From positions 4,704,001 to 4,768,000 of the forward strand of contig CBDCGL010000011.1 in NCBI GenBank assembly GCA_965216755.1: a stretch of 64,000 nucleotides of DNA. Direction: 5' to 3'. The translations under genes were made by a program, and so were the position numbers. The stretch comes from Alphaproteobacteria bacterium. Lineage in GTDB: Bacteria > Pseudomonadota > Alphaproteobacteria > UBA7887. The first letter of the stretch is position 1; every line of letters begins with the position of its first letter. The notes under the pieces are model-generated. The model was not told where the DNA came from, did no database searches, and saw only the letters and a program-made list of their open reading frames with translations. Below, in pieces: positions 1 through 10,398 of this stretch.

Positions 1-2
1 CG

Positions 3-146
3 TCGCCCTTTGACCGTCGCATCGATCTGCTTATTAGCCGAATTCGACATCGGTTCGATGCCGAACCGAATCACCCGAAGATGCTAAAGACGGTGCGGGG
101 CGCGGGCTATGTCTTCGATTTTGAGGTCACTTTGTTGCGTGATTGA
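3..146 (+). CDS. C-terminal end of an OmpR/PhoB-family response regulator (5' truncated by the window)
   Basis: Manual translation SPFDRRIDLLISRIRHRFDAEPNHPKMLKTVRGAGYVF...; DRxID..ISR.R and KTVRGAGY are the winged-helix signature; TGA at 144-146. Confidence 0.85.
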   Translation, partial: SPFDRRIDLLISRIRHRFDAEPNHPKMLKTVRGAGYVFDFEVTLLRD

Positions 147-589
147 CGCTTTAGCCAACTGCATCATCCTAGCGAAGAGCGCGATCCGTGTCTTTGGTAC
201 TTGCGACCCCGAATAATGATCGAACGCTCCGCGCCGGAACTCATTCCTCGTCCAGCAACATTTTGACGTAACGACCTGCCGCAATCACGCTAATATCCGA
301 AATATTCATTTGTTTTCAAGTAGATAAAACTTACCAAGTCATTCCCAAAGAGATAACTTGGTTTTCTTTGAAAACCACTTAGGTATCCAAATACAACAAT
401 CGTGAAATTTGTATCATATTCGAAACAATATCAAAACAAATTGGCTACATTCTTTCGATTGGCAAATTTGCTTAAATTTTCAATAGTTTTAAGTTGTTGC
501 CTGGCGTCGACAGCAAGTCAGCGCACAGGAAAGGCGGGGAACGATTGAACAAATAACACTCGACCCCAGAAAAAAAGGAATGATGCGAA

Positions 590-868
590 ATGAAATCACT
601 GGTGGTATTGGGCAGTATCTTGGCAGTCGGGCTTGGCGTGGCTGCATCAGCCCAAGCTGGCGGCGGCGGTGCTGGTGTTGGCAAGGAATATATTTGTCAC
701 TTTCCAGGTCATGCTATCGAACTCAACGGCCGGATTGTTCGTGACTTCCGAGTCAGTGGGCCGAACGATGCAAGGTGCGAAGCCAAAGGTGGCCGCGTGA
801 TACATGTTGGTTGCCCTGCAAAGAAGGGCCACATTGGTATGCGTTACTGCCCCAAGCCAAATGCCTAA
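590..868 (+). CDS. Small secreted Cys-containing hypothetical protein
   Basis: Signal peptide MKSLVVLGSILAVGLGVAASAQA, four Cys, AAGGA upstream, AT-rich upstream region. Confidence 0.65.
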   Translation: MKSLVVLGSILAVGLGVAASAQAGGGGAGVGKEYICHFPGHAIELNGRIVRDFRVSGPNDARCEAKGGRVIHVGCPAKKGHIGMRYCPKPNA

Positions 869-890
869 TACATTCAGCGTCAATTAAACG

Positions 891-3152
891 TTGGAAGGCG
901 GATCCCTGCGTCACGAAAGTGGCGCAGGATTTGGTGCGTTAGAGACAGCTTTACGAAGCCCCCGCCTGTGGTCTTGGCAAAGACGCTCACACGCGCGTCG
1001 AACATATATTCACTCGTGTATTGAGGGAAAAGTTGTGCTCCGTAACAATTGGCTTGTGCTAGCGCCATTTGTCGCTGTAGGCGTCAATGCTTGGGGCGCT
1101 GACGCTTTTGCCAAACATTCACATAGCAACGGCGGTGATGTTCAACGTTCGGCCGACAGACCGTATTCGGAAGATTCGTCGGGCGACAAGCGGGCGCAAC
1201 GAATCAAAACGAAGTCCGAAGCGCGCCATCAAAATAAATCGCGCAGCAATGCAGATGAGGTTGCGCATGCCAAATTTGCGCTCGTGCCTAACCGCTACGC
1301 CGCCAATCGACATCATTTCCCGAGGGCCTGCACGGCTGAAACGCAGACCGATGTCCGATCTCTTCGGCCTAATCTTGAATCTCCATTGTACGTAGTCGAA
1401 CCGCTGCCGCATAAAGCGGAACCTCGAACAATTGATCCCTTGATGCAGGTGACAGGTTCAGCGGGCGCGCACAGTTTTGGTGTCAGTAAGACCCGAGAAA
1501 ATAGAAATCGCCCTTTCGGTCACCAACGGCCGGATGGCGGTTACGCCGACGAACAGCTTTTTACAACGGCGGACGGCCACGTCAATGTCATGCTCACAGG
1601 TTTCGAAACGATCGAGCCCGAGCAACAGCCTCAGCAATCAATCTCGTTGTACAACCATCCCGTTGCGTCACGGCCCAATCCCTTGGCCGCCGAAGGCCGC
1701 GAGCGAAACGCCCGCATGGGCTTGGAGAACTTTAGATTGGGGGCCGCGAATGTCACGGTTTCGGGCCAATATTTTGAATTTGCAACACCCGAGACTGAGC
1801 ATTTGACCGGGTTTGCATTTACTGATGGCCGTCTTGCCGAAGAAAATCAGGTTGCACGTGTGGAGACACAAATTGGTCTGATGAACGACCGGCTGCGTTA
1901 CCAGGGCGGTATGGCACGCTCCAAATATTACGGCCCCGGTCTCCCTACATATGACGATGGTGGCAACTTTGCCGATAGCGTCACAAGTTCGGCGCGTGTT
2001 GACGGTGCAGCGGAGTCATCCCTTGCGAAGGGGAATGAGTGGTGGCATCGGATTGACGCCGACTTGTTTGTCGCAGCGGACGTCACACTCTCGACGTATG
2101 GCGAATTGAGCCAGGTTGATCCCCTGTTCTATACGGTCGAATTTGATCACGCCGGCGAGCGACCTGTCGGCCGACAGCAAGAAGTCGGGGTCGATATCGA
2201 CGTCGGATCGCTATCGACCTCACTATGGCGACGTGAGCTCGAGTCCGTTGACATGAACGATCAGGAATATGGCGCCCGCTTCGACGGTGGTCTGGCTGCG
2301 GTCCAGGTTATGCAGAGTCGTGTCGTTAACTTAGCCAGTCCATTTGGTCTTGAAGATGATTTGACATTTTGGGGAGATATCGGATTCGATGATGACTGGG
2401 CATATCTCGGCTCGACGGGACCACGCTGGGATTCTCGCGAAGAAACGGTCGAGGGTGAGATTGAATTGAGGACGGGCGAGGTCTTCAGCCTTGGTCAGAT
2501 TGGCGGTGGCGCGGATTCGATTGGCGTCCTATTGCCTTATTCAGTCACGCTGCGGGGCAGTCGAACACGTATTGCTTATCCCGATGAGTACGATGGCACG
2601 ACGGACCCGGAGGACGTGAGAAAAGGTTTCGAACTTGAACTATTCTGGCAGTCGGATATTAGCAGTACGATCATAACATATGCACAATTTCGGACAGACA
2701 GCCGGCAACTATGGATGGAGTCGGCTGATTTTGTCGAGCGAACAATCGACATCAGTCAAGATTTTTATTTCGACAAGTGGGAGTTATCGGCTTATCTGTC
2801 GCTTGGTCGTTCAAATGGCTTGGAGATCGATAATCGGTCCGTCGATTTAATGATCAGCAGTGGCGCATCGTTCTCTTACCAACCGGATGCCTGGCCGAAA
2901 TTAACCTTGAATTTGGATCTGGATCGCTATGATTCCCAATATTTGGACTATGGCGAGTCGTTCCGAAATGACGGCTGGGCTGCCGGCCTGGAACTCGATT
3001 TTTCAAGTTTTTTGGCAACCAGCGATAGATCCGGATCGGGGCTGCTCAAGCTTGGCTATCGGACCGAGGGGACCCACGATCGTGACACCTATCTGGGCTC
3101 AGACACGCATACTCGCCACGGCTTCTATATTCTCGGCGGCTACAGTTTTTGA
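891..3152 (+). CDS. Large acidic secreted or outer-membrane beta-rich hypothetical protein (true start may be about 47 codons downstream)
   Basis: 753-aa ORF; signal-like segment LRNNWLVLAPFVAVGVNAWGADA; alternating beta-strand pattern; C-terminal GGYSF as in outer-membrane barrels. Confidence 0.6.
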   Translation: MEGGSLRHESGAGFGALETALRSPRLWSWQRRSHARRTYIHSCIEGKVVLRNNWLVLAPFVAVGVNAWGADAFAKHSHSNGGDVQRSADRPYSEDSSGDKRAQRIKTKSEARHQNKSRSNADEVAHAKFALVPNRYAANRHHFPRACTAETQTDVRSLRPNLESPLYVVEPLPHKAEPRTIDPLMQVTGSAGAHSFGVSKTRENRNRPFGHQRPDGGYADEQLFTTADGHVNVMLTGFETIEPEQQPQQSISLYNHPVASRPNPLAAEGRERNARMGLENFRLGAANVTVSGQYFEFATPETEHLTGFAFTDGRLAEENQVARVETQIGLMNDRLRYQGGMARSKYYGPGLPTYDDGGNFADSVTSSARVDGAAESSLAKGNEWWHRIDADLFVAADVTLSTYGELSQVDPLFYTVEFDHAGERPVGRQQEVGVDIDVGSLSTSLWRRELESVDMNDQEYGARFDGGLAAVQVMQSRVVNLASPFGLEDDLTFWGDIGFDDDWAYLGSTGPRWDSREETVEGEIELRTGEVFSLGQIGGGADSIGVLLPYSVTLRGSRTRIAYPDEYDGTTDPEDVRKGFELELFWQSDISSTIITYAQFRTDSRQLWMESADFVERTIDISQDFYFDKWELSAYLSLGRSNGLEIDNRSVDLMISSGASFSYQPDAWPKLTLNLDLDRYDSQYLDYGESFRNDGWAAGLELDFSSFLATSDRSGSGLLKLGYRTEGTHDRDTYLGSDTHTRHGFYILGGYSF

Positions 3153-3385
3153 TCATGCCTCGTGCGTCTTATCGACGGCGAGGATTTGGTGACGGATTGA
3201 GTGAGAGCCGAACGTGGGAAGGTGACATTATCCGGAACTACCGGGTTTGCCCGTGGCTGCGGGCTGATTTCTGGCAATGGTGTCGGAGCTCTCAACTGCA
3301 GGGCTGACGACGATTCTTGTGCTTCTCCTGCCGGATCGACACATCCGAGCGCGATGGAGCATCGCGAAGGTGGGTGAATTCCGGG

Positions 3386-3844
3386 CTAGCTACCCACCGA
3401 CATGCCAAACAGCGCTTGGGTGCGGGACAGGACCAGCAGCAGAATGGCCGCCGCGGAGACGATCACGACGGCAAATATGGCGACCTGAGTTATCGAGTTT
3501 TGATTTTTTGCGGCTTTTTGTGGGCGCGCATGGAGGGGCGCGTCCTTTTTTGCCGAGGATTTTACCGGCGTGTGCGGCTTTGACTTGTGTCGGGGCGCTG
3601 GCTCGCTTGCCATCGGCTTGCTGGTGTCGAAGACCACCACTTCGCTCGAGGTATTTTCGACCTCGTTGTAGGTTTCGCAGATCAGTTTAACGGCCTGAAT
3701 GTGTGGCTCACGATTGAGGTGCTTGGCATCCTCAAGCGCTTTTTCCTTATCGCTTCCGGGATAGACACGCTCAATATTCCATCGATTTTTGACCTGAGCG
3801 TGCAGCTCATAGCTGATTTTCATGATCGAGTTTTCGGCCCACAC
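3386..3844 (-). CDS. Hypothetical protein with C-terminal transmembrane anchor
   Basis: Globular N-terminus, Pro/Lys linker, hydrophobic C-terminal helix. Confidence 0.6.
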   Translation of the reverse strand: MWAENSIMKISYELHAQVKNRWNIERVYPGSDKEKALEDAKHLNREPHIQAVKLICETYNEVENTSSEVVVFDTSKPMASEPAPRHKSKPHTPVKSSAKKDAPLHARPQKAAKNQNSITQVAIFAVVIVSAAAILLLVLSRTQALFGMSVGS

Positions 3845-4483
3845 ATTGGAAGCTTGAAATCAACGGTCCCGTACGCGCCGCCGGCCCGCGGAAAACCTCG
3901 TTTGTGTTGGGAATCTAGGTGTGGTCCGGCTCAAGTCGAGTCTGAACGCCCCGCCCAACCGGCCAACGCCGTGAAGTCTTCACTTCACCGATAGGATTGC
4001 TGATACCGGACGACAATTGTCTGTGAAGTTTGCGAATATTTTGCAAGTATTTGCGCCAACTCCCGAACTGTTCGAATCCAAGTTCTTGCGATGAGATGCG
4101 TGCAAAATTCGTCGGTTTCACGGCACCTCCGATAGCGGTTTTGGTATGGTCGGTAGGATAGCAAAAAATAGCTTGCACAACTCGGACAAATCTGCTAAGT
4201 TAGCTTTGTAATCGTGGAAGGGTTTGCCTAGCTCAATTTCGGGCTGGGCATTTTTGTGCGCGGTGCAAACCACGATCAGACGGCACAGAATGTCGTTATT
4301 ATGTAGTATCATAATAGATCGCAAAACATGTAGCTGTTTGGTTCGAGCCACCTGCTATGGTGGCCTCTGGGTCATTTTGCCCTCGATACCGGATGCCCTG
4401 GTGATCTAACCAGCAATCGGGGCGGCCAATTCTTGATCAACCAGTTCGTCTGGCGCAGTTGCGGATGCGCAATCCGCAAAGAT

Positions 4484-7400
4484 ATGGTCATGACCACAAA
4501 CCAAGAATCGCGGCACGCGGCGGTGCGGGCGTTGACCGGCACGGCGCGCAGCTACAATGAAGACTGGCACGCGCTGTTCGACCAGTGGGGTATCGCCACC
4601 GGCCATTTCAATGAGCGCATGTTGGCCTGGCTCAACGCCGTGCTGGGCACCGACCACGCCAACATCAATGACGCGGCGACCGCGTTCGCCGTCGGCCAAG
4701 GTGTCGATAGCTGGCACGACGTGCGCGCCCTCGACATCTTCGATTACTACATCGACAGCGTGTCGGGCAGCGATGCCAATGACGGCCTGACCATGGCGAC
4801 CGCCAAGCAAACCCTGGCCGGCTTCGACGCGCTCGGGGTCAAAGACAACAACGGCATCCGGGTCGGTTTCGCGCGCGGTTCAAGCTGGCGCGAGCAATTG
4901 CAGGTCAACGGCGGCAGCAACCAGGTGTGGGGTGCCTATGGCAGCGGCGCGCGACCGCTGATCAACGCCTTTGATGTGCTGGCCAACGCCTCGTTCAGCA
5001 AGACCGGTGGCCGCACTTATGTGTACGAGATCTCGATCAGCCATCCGGTTGGATCGGTCGGCATCGATTGGATCAACTGCCTGGAAGACACCATACCGCT
5101 GGTTCATGTCGCCGACGTCGCCACCTGCGACACGACCCCGGGCAGCTATCACGTGGCGAGCATTACCACCTCGCCGACCACGCTTTATGTGCACGCGTCG
5201 GATTCCAGCGACGTCACCGTCAACGGCAAGACCTATGAGCACACGCGCCGCGACTGGTGTTTCCGCAAGATTGCGGTCGGCAGTTGCGGCTTTCACGGCC
5301 TCCATTGCCGCGGCGGCTTCAACGGCGAGGGCAATCTGGTGCTGCCGGCGACGGTGGCCTCGAACCTGTTGCTCGATTTCGGCGGCCGCCACCACATGCA
5401 AATCGAAGATGGCGTGGTCCGCGACAGCATATTCAACGACCATTATTTCGGCCGCCAATCGGGCGGCACCTTGGTGGCCTTCCAGGATGACGCCAGCGGC
5501 AAGAGCGCACGTTTCGAAAACCTGACGTTCCGCAACGACAACAGCGGCCGCAACATGGACGACAATATTTTCTGCACGGCCATGTTCGCGCATCGTGGCG
5601 GCGGTGGCGACTATGCCCGCCTGGACATCATCAATTGCGATGTCGAACGCCACACCAACGGCGTCTCGGGCGACCAGATCGGCGCGGTCAACATCATCGG
5701 CTGTCGGTTCGCCGACAACGACCTGGTGCCGGTCAACGCACAAGCGCCGATCGTCAATGTCGACGACACGGCGATCCACGTGCCGCCGCACAACGAACCG
5801 AGCCGGGCGATCAATCTGCGCACCGGCATCGCCGCGCAAGGCAGTGGCCAAACCATGACCGTCACCGACGCGACCATTTGCGTGGCCGACGGGGGTGGCG
5901 ACGGCAACATGTCGGCGATCACCATCGGCGATAATTCATCCGATGGCTTGACGCTCAATCTGACCCGGGTCAAGGCGAGCGTCGACGACGCGTGGGTGAT
6001 CAAATCGCGGCTGGCCGGCGGCGACGTGGTGACGGTGAACGCCAGCAACTGCACCTTTGGCGGCACGCCGCTGAAAAACATGTCGCTGGCGGAAACGGCG
6101 GGCGAGGGGCCGGCCAATTGGAACGGCACCAACAATCATTGGCTGGCGCCGGCGGCGGACTTCGAGCTCAACCAAACGGTCTATGCGGATCTGGCCGCGT
6201 TTCAGGCGGCCGGCCACGAGACCACGGGCGATAGTGTCGGATCGGTCGCCAATGTCTGCGCGGTGGGGGTCGACGATCCGTTGCTGCGCCAAGATTTCAC
6301 CGCCGAGACCCTGGCGATGGCCAAGATCCTGGGGCCGGATTTCACCTTCACCCGCGCGTCGGCCGGCTACCGGTTCAACAGCCATGGCGTCTATGTGCCG
6401 GAAAGCAACGACGTGCCGTTGCTGGCCACGCATCGCGACAACGGATCGAGCTGGGTTAACGACGGCTTGTTGATGGAGCCGCAGCGAACCAACCTGCTGT
6501 TGCGGTCGGAAGAATTCGACAATGCCGCGTGGTCAAAAAACAATGTCAGTGTCGCCGCCAATGACGCGGTCGCGCCGGACGGGACGGTCAGCGCTGACAG
6601 GCTGACCAGCGACAGCACAACGTCGGGCACGTCTCAGGTCGTGACGATCACCGCCGACGCCGATTTCGTCATCTCGTACTTTGTCAAACGGGTGGATCAC
6701 GACTGGGTGCGGCTGAATGCCTTCAACGGCGCCAACTTTATCAATGCCTGGTTTGATCTCGGCAGTGGCGCAAAGGGATCGACAAGTGTCGGCGGCACCG
6801 GCTCTGTTATCGACTACGACATAGAAGAAGCCGGTGATTACTACCGTGTTTGGTTGGCGGGCAGCATTGGCTCGGGGGCGACGTCGGTAACCCATCAGTG
6901 GTTTCTTGCCGATGCCGATGCCAGCGCCACGGAAAGCTCGGGCGTTTCCGTACATGTTTGGGGCGGTCAAATCGAGGAAGGGGCGACCCTTTCCTCGTAT
7001 ATCCCCACCACCAGCGCGCAAGTCACGCGCGCCGCGCCAAATTTGGAAACGACGGATGTGAGCTGGTACGAGCGGGACGTCGGTTTCACGGTTCTCGCGA
7101 AAGGCATCATTCCGCGGTTTTCAGACACCGCGCCCACCGACCTTGTGTTCGAGCTTCACGATGGCTCGTTCAACAACCGCGTCATCCTCTATCACGACAC
7201 TTCGAATTGGGTCGTACTCGTCAGATCCGGCGCCGTAAACAGCGTAATCCAGCCCATTGGCAGCGTGGTCAAAGGCGCGACCTACGACATCGCCGTCCGC
7301 TACACGCCGACAGACGTGCAGGCGGCGGTCAACGGCACCTTGGATACGCCGGACACCTCGGTCGTCATGCCGTCGGGCATAACGACCCTCGATATCATGA

Positions 7401-7498
7401 GAGACAACGCGTCAAACCTGTCGAACATGTCGATGCGGGAACTCAACATTTATCGCGGCGGCAAGAGCGACGCGTGGCTACAGGACCAAACGGCATGA
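4484..7498 (+). CDS. Phage-like fibre/spike protein: beta-helix region plus LamG/ConA-like fibre region
   Basis: YYIDSVSGSDANDGLT..TAKQTL (beta-helix protein N-cap); FTFTRAS...GLLMEPQRTNLL..SEEFDNAAW...WGGQIEEG..SSYIPTT..QVTRAA as in phage/GTA fibre proteins; ATG at 4484 or 4490. Confidence 0.7.
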   Translation: MVMTTNQESRHAAVRALTGTARSYNEDWHALFDQWGIATGHFNERMLAWLNAVLGTDHANINDAATAFAVGQGVDSWHDVRALDIFDYYIDSVSGSDANDGLTMATAKQTLAGFDALGVKDNNGIRVGFARGSSWREQLQVNGGSNQVWGAYGSGARPLINAFDVLANASFSKTGGRTYVYEISISHPVGSVGIDWINCLEDTIPLVHVADVATCDTTPGSYHVASITTSPTTLYVHASDSSDVTVNGKTYEHTRRDWCFRKIAVGSCGFHGLHCRGGFNGEGNLVLPATVASNLLLDFGGRHHMQIEDGVVRDSIFNDHYFGRQSGGTLVAFQDDASGKSARFENLTFRNDNSGRNMDDNIFCTAMFAHRGGGGDYARLDIINCDVERHTNGVSGDQIGAVNIIGCRFADNDLVPVNAQAPIVNVDDTAIHVPPHNEPSRAINLRTGIAAQGSGQTMTVTDATICVADGGGDGNMSAITIGDNSSDGLTLNLTRVKASVDDAWVIKSRLAGGDVVTVNASNCTFGGTPLKNMSLAETAGEGPANWNGTNNHWLAPAADFELNQTVYADLAAFQAAGHETTGDSVGSVANVCAVGVDDPLLRQDFTAETLAMAKILGPDFTFTRASAGYRFNSHGVYVPESNDVPLLATHRDNGSSWVNDGLLMEPQRTNLLLRSEEFDNAAWSKNNVSVAANDAVAPDGTVSADRLTSDSTTSGTSQVVTITADADFVISYFVKRVDHDWVRLNAFNGANFINAWFDLGSGAKGSTSVGGTGSVIDYDIEEAGDYYRVWLAGSIGSGATSVTHQWFLADADASATESSGVSVHVWGGQIEEGATLSSYIPTTSAQVTRAAPNLETTDVSWYERDVGFTVLAKGIIPRFSDTAPTDLVFELHDGSFNNRVILYHDTSNWVVLVRSGAVNSVIQPIGSVVKGATYDIAVRYTPTDVQAAVNGTLDTPDTSVVMPSGITTLDIMRDNASNLSNMSMRELNIYRGGKSDAWLQDQTA

Positions 7499-7974
7499 TT
7501 GACTTTATGTTTGCGGCCGGCGCTCGCGCCGCGTTCGAAGCCGAGGCCGCTCGGCTCGGCTGGGGCCAAATGGTTGACGGCGAGTTCGTGCCAAACGCCG
7601 GCGTGGACATCGACGTCATTGGCGATCTGGTCTCGCTGCCGGGAAAATACGACGCCGCCGGCAACGAGATAGAGGCGCCAGTCACGAAGGGCCCGCACGT
7701 CAATGTGCGGCTGTCTGGCAGCGCGGCGGCGGCGACACGGCGCCGCATTGATCGCCGGCTGGGCACGCACTATGGCGATGTCGACGCGGCCATGACCGCC
7801 TGGTTCACGCAAGCAGGGACAACCGAAGTCACGGACCGCGTCGCGGCGCGGGTAAGGACGCGCTTTGCTACTGCCAAAGACGCTACACGACGGCAAAAGG
7901 ACGGCGTGACCTATATCGGGTCGGCGTTGGCGGTTGCGGCGCGCAAGCGGTTATGGGCCGGCGAAGACGCGTGA
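7495..7974 (+). CDS. Fibre-associated phage protein (chaperone-like)
   Basis: ATGA overlap with the fibre stop; IDVIG...PG.YD..GNEI.AP....HVNVRL motif typical of genes following such fibres; real ORF is the 3' part of track ORF 6850..7974. Confidence 0.6.
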   Translation: MIDFMFAAGARAAFEAEAARLGWGQMVDGEFVPNAGVDIDVIGDLVSLPGKYDAAGNEIEAPVTKGPHVNVRLSGSAAAATRRRIDRRLGTHYGDVDAAMTAWFTQAGTTEVTDRVAARVRTRFATAKDATRRQKDGVTYIGSALAVAARKRLWAGEDA

Positions 7975-8016
7975 AGGCGCAGGAATCGTTGTTGCGAGCA
8001 GAAAGGGCGTGGGAAA

Positions 8017-8310
8017 TTGCGATCGATCTGGGACAAAAGGGCACGCATTTGGGTTCCGGCGGATGATTTTTACGCACAGCGTAGGGCGCGCAGTGGTCCC
8101 CAGGTAATTACGGACGCGATTGACGGCTTTCAGAGCCAGGCGGACGGTAAGATTTACGACAGCAAGTCTGCCTACCGGCGTTCTTTGCGGGACGCCGGGT
8201 TTATCGAAGTTGGCAACGATCGGCCCGTGGCTTGCAAGCCGCGTTACAAGCCACGCGGCATCGGGGCCGATATCCGGTCGGCGCTCCGCGCGTATTTAAA
8301 AGGTGGCTAG
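8017..8310 (+). CDS. Small conserved podovirus-like protein
   Basis: P.VI.D....FQS..DGKIYDSKS.YR..L...G.IEVGND motif recalled from temperate podovirus head clusters; TTG start uncertain. Confidence 0.55.
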   Translation: MRSIWDKRARIWVPADDFYAQRRARSGPQVITDAIDGFQSQADGKIYDSKSAYRRSLRDAGFIEVGNDRPVACKPRYKPRGIGADIRSALRAYLKGG

Positions 8311-8469
8311 GCTGAATGACCGGATCCGGCCCAAACCGAAACGAAAAGCGCGTGCGTCGCTAACCTGTCGCGTTTGTTCTAGATTCGTCCCCAGAATTCG
8401 CTATTTTATGGGCCCGCGCCGCTCGGTGCGATTTCGTAAGTATCGGAAAACAAAAGCGAATTTATATGT

Positions 8470-8546
8470 CGGGGCGTAGCGCAGCCTGGTAGCGCATCTG
8501 CTTTGGGAGCAGAGGGTCGGCGGTTCAAATCCGTCCGCCCCGACCA
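8470..8546 (+). tRNA. tRNA-Pro(TGG)
   Basis: CGGGGCG acceptor stem, D-arm GCGCAGCCTGGTAGCGC, anticodon arm TCTGC-TT-TGG-GA-GCAGA, T-loop GGTTCAAATCC, encoded CCA. Confidence 0.98.
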
Positions 8547-8821
8547 ATGAAAACAATAACTTAGACCTCTCGCTGGTCGTGCTTTCAAACCTCGGACGTG
8601 CAAGGGACCCGACCTTGGACCCCGATAAGTCGGGAAGCGCTGGAGCAACCCCGGTTCAATCTTGTTTGTGCCCCGCGTCTGCGGCCCGCCAACGTTGTCG
8701 CGATCAAATATCTCTTCACGGGATGTCAACGTTCCGGCCGCATTTTGTGGTGCGCGCGCGAACAGCCATGCGGAGCGTAGTTTTCGCAACATGATCACAA
8801 TTCGTTATCACATAGAGTTGG

Positions 8822-10327
8822 GTGCCTTCTCGTTGTTTCGACATGCCAATCAACAGTCGTAAGTATATTCTTACGGAGTTTCTAAAGGCGGAACTTGAAC
8901 GGTTTTGCGCTGCCATCTGGGTCCAACGTTTCGAGGACCTGAGCGTGGCTTGGGCCAATAGCGCCGGCCTGCGGATTTGGCAGGCCGAAAACCTTCAAGA
9001 GCTGCAAAACCGCGATTTCAAATCCGATATGTCGGCTGGCGTGGCGAAGCTTATGGGTCAGTTTCGCCACGACATGGAGCACGACGGCGCGACGTTTGAT
9101 GAATTCAAGACTTTCTATCCAAAGGGACGTCCGGTTTCCCTTCACGTTCAGGTTCGCGGCATTTGGCTCGAGGATGGCCAGTTTGCGATGCTGCACGAGA
9201 CCGTTGCACAACAGAAGCCGCGCCCTAGTGCGTTGCGCAGTGCAGAGGCCCTATTCAACACGCCGGTGATGATCTCGCTTTATGATTCCGAGGGCACGTT
9301 GTTACATCAGAACCCGGCGGCGCGCGACGTCCAGCCCGCCCACGGCAATATGTTGTCCGACCGGTTTGTTGATGCGGATGATCTTTTCAAGATTCTCCAA
9401 TCAAAGGCCCACCGGAGCAACATCAAAGTTACGACAGCGGCCGGTTTGCGATGGCACGACGTGGACGCACGCAAAGTGCGCGACGCTGTCAGCGGCGAAG
9501 TCGCCTTGCTGGTCAGCGAGATCGATATCACCGAATTGATTGAGGCGAAAGAAGCGGCCGAAGCCGCGAGTCAGGCGAAATCAGATTTCATGGCCATGCT
9601 GACTCATGAAATTCGCACGCCAATGAATCCGATCATCGGGATGTCCGACCTGCTTTTGCAAATGGAGCTTGATGAAACACAGCGCGAATTCGTCGGGACC
9701 ATCAACAGTTCGGCAAAAGCACTGATGCGCATCATCAACAATATGCTTGATTTCTCGAAGATAGAACGCGGCAGTTTGCGAACAGAAGCGGCACCATTTC
9801 GTTTTCGCAGCGCGGTCGAAACAGCTGTGAATATTCTGCAGTATGAAGCTGATGCCAAGGGCGTTGCCCTGAGCGCACAGATATCCCCGGACGTGCCCGA
9901 AACGCTATTGGGCGACCGTGGCGGGATCCTACAGATATTCCTCAATCTAATTGGAAATGCGGTCAAGTTCACTTCGGAAGGGTCTATTGACGTAAGAGTT
10001 GCTGTGCTCAGAATAACAAAAGAGGGCGTCGTCATTCACGCGACCGTCGCGGACACCGGCGTTGGCATTTCGGACGACGCGCAGAGCAAAGTCTTTGAAC
10101 GTTTTTATCAGGTCGATTCTTCGCGAACGCGAAGCTTTGCGGGAACCGGACAGGGCTTAGCGATATGCAAAGAGTTGGTGCAGCTGATGGGTGGGCGTAT
10201 TGGCGTTGATAGCGAGCCCAACGTTGGCAGTACATTTTGGTTTGAGGTGAAGCTGGGTGTTGATGGCGTACACGCCGAGGGAGATGGCTCCACCTTCCCG
10301 TCGACGCGTGCCGCCGACGTCGTATAG
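8822..10327 (+). CDS. PAS-domain sensor histidine kinase (no receiver domain)
   Basis: H-box HEIRTPMN, N-box [11 protein letters not shown]1 DTGVGI, F-box FERFYQ, G2 GTGQGL; likely start ATG at about 8843. Confidence 0.93.
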   Translation: MPSRCFDMPINSRKYILTEFLKAELERFCAAIWVQRFEDLSVAWANSAGLRIWQAENLQELQNRDFKSDMSAGVAKLMGQFRHDMEHDGATFDEFKTFYPKGRPVSLHVQVRGIWLEDGQFAMLHETVAQQKPRPSALRSAEALFNTPVMISLYDSEGTLLHQNPAARDVQPAHGNMLSDRFVDADDLFKILQSKAHRSNIKVTTAAGLRWHDVDARKVRDAVSGEVALLVSEIDITELIEAKEAAEAASQAKSDFMAMLTHEIRTPMNPIIGMSDLLLQMELDETQREFVGTINSSAKALMRIINNMLDFSKIERGSLRTEAAPFRFRSAVETAVNILQYEADAKGVALSAQISPDVPETLLGDRGGILQIFLNLIGNAVKFTSEGSIDVRVAVLRITKEGVVIHATVADTGVGISDDAQSKVFERFYQVDSSRTRSFAGTGQGLAICKELVQLMGGRIGVDSEPNVGSTFWFEVKLGVDGVHAEGDGSTFPSTRAADVV

Positions 10328-10398
10328 TTCGAATATTCGCTGCTCAGGCCAGCCCCGAATCGGCGTCGCGGCCGCAGCGCCGGTTAAGCTTCGGTCCG

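Noticed and set aside
8604-8665. Hairpin (CCCGAC/GTCGGG) and GGTTCAATC after the tRNA as a second RNA gene
   Set aside because: Cannot be folded into a recognisable RNA family by eye
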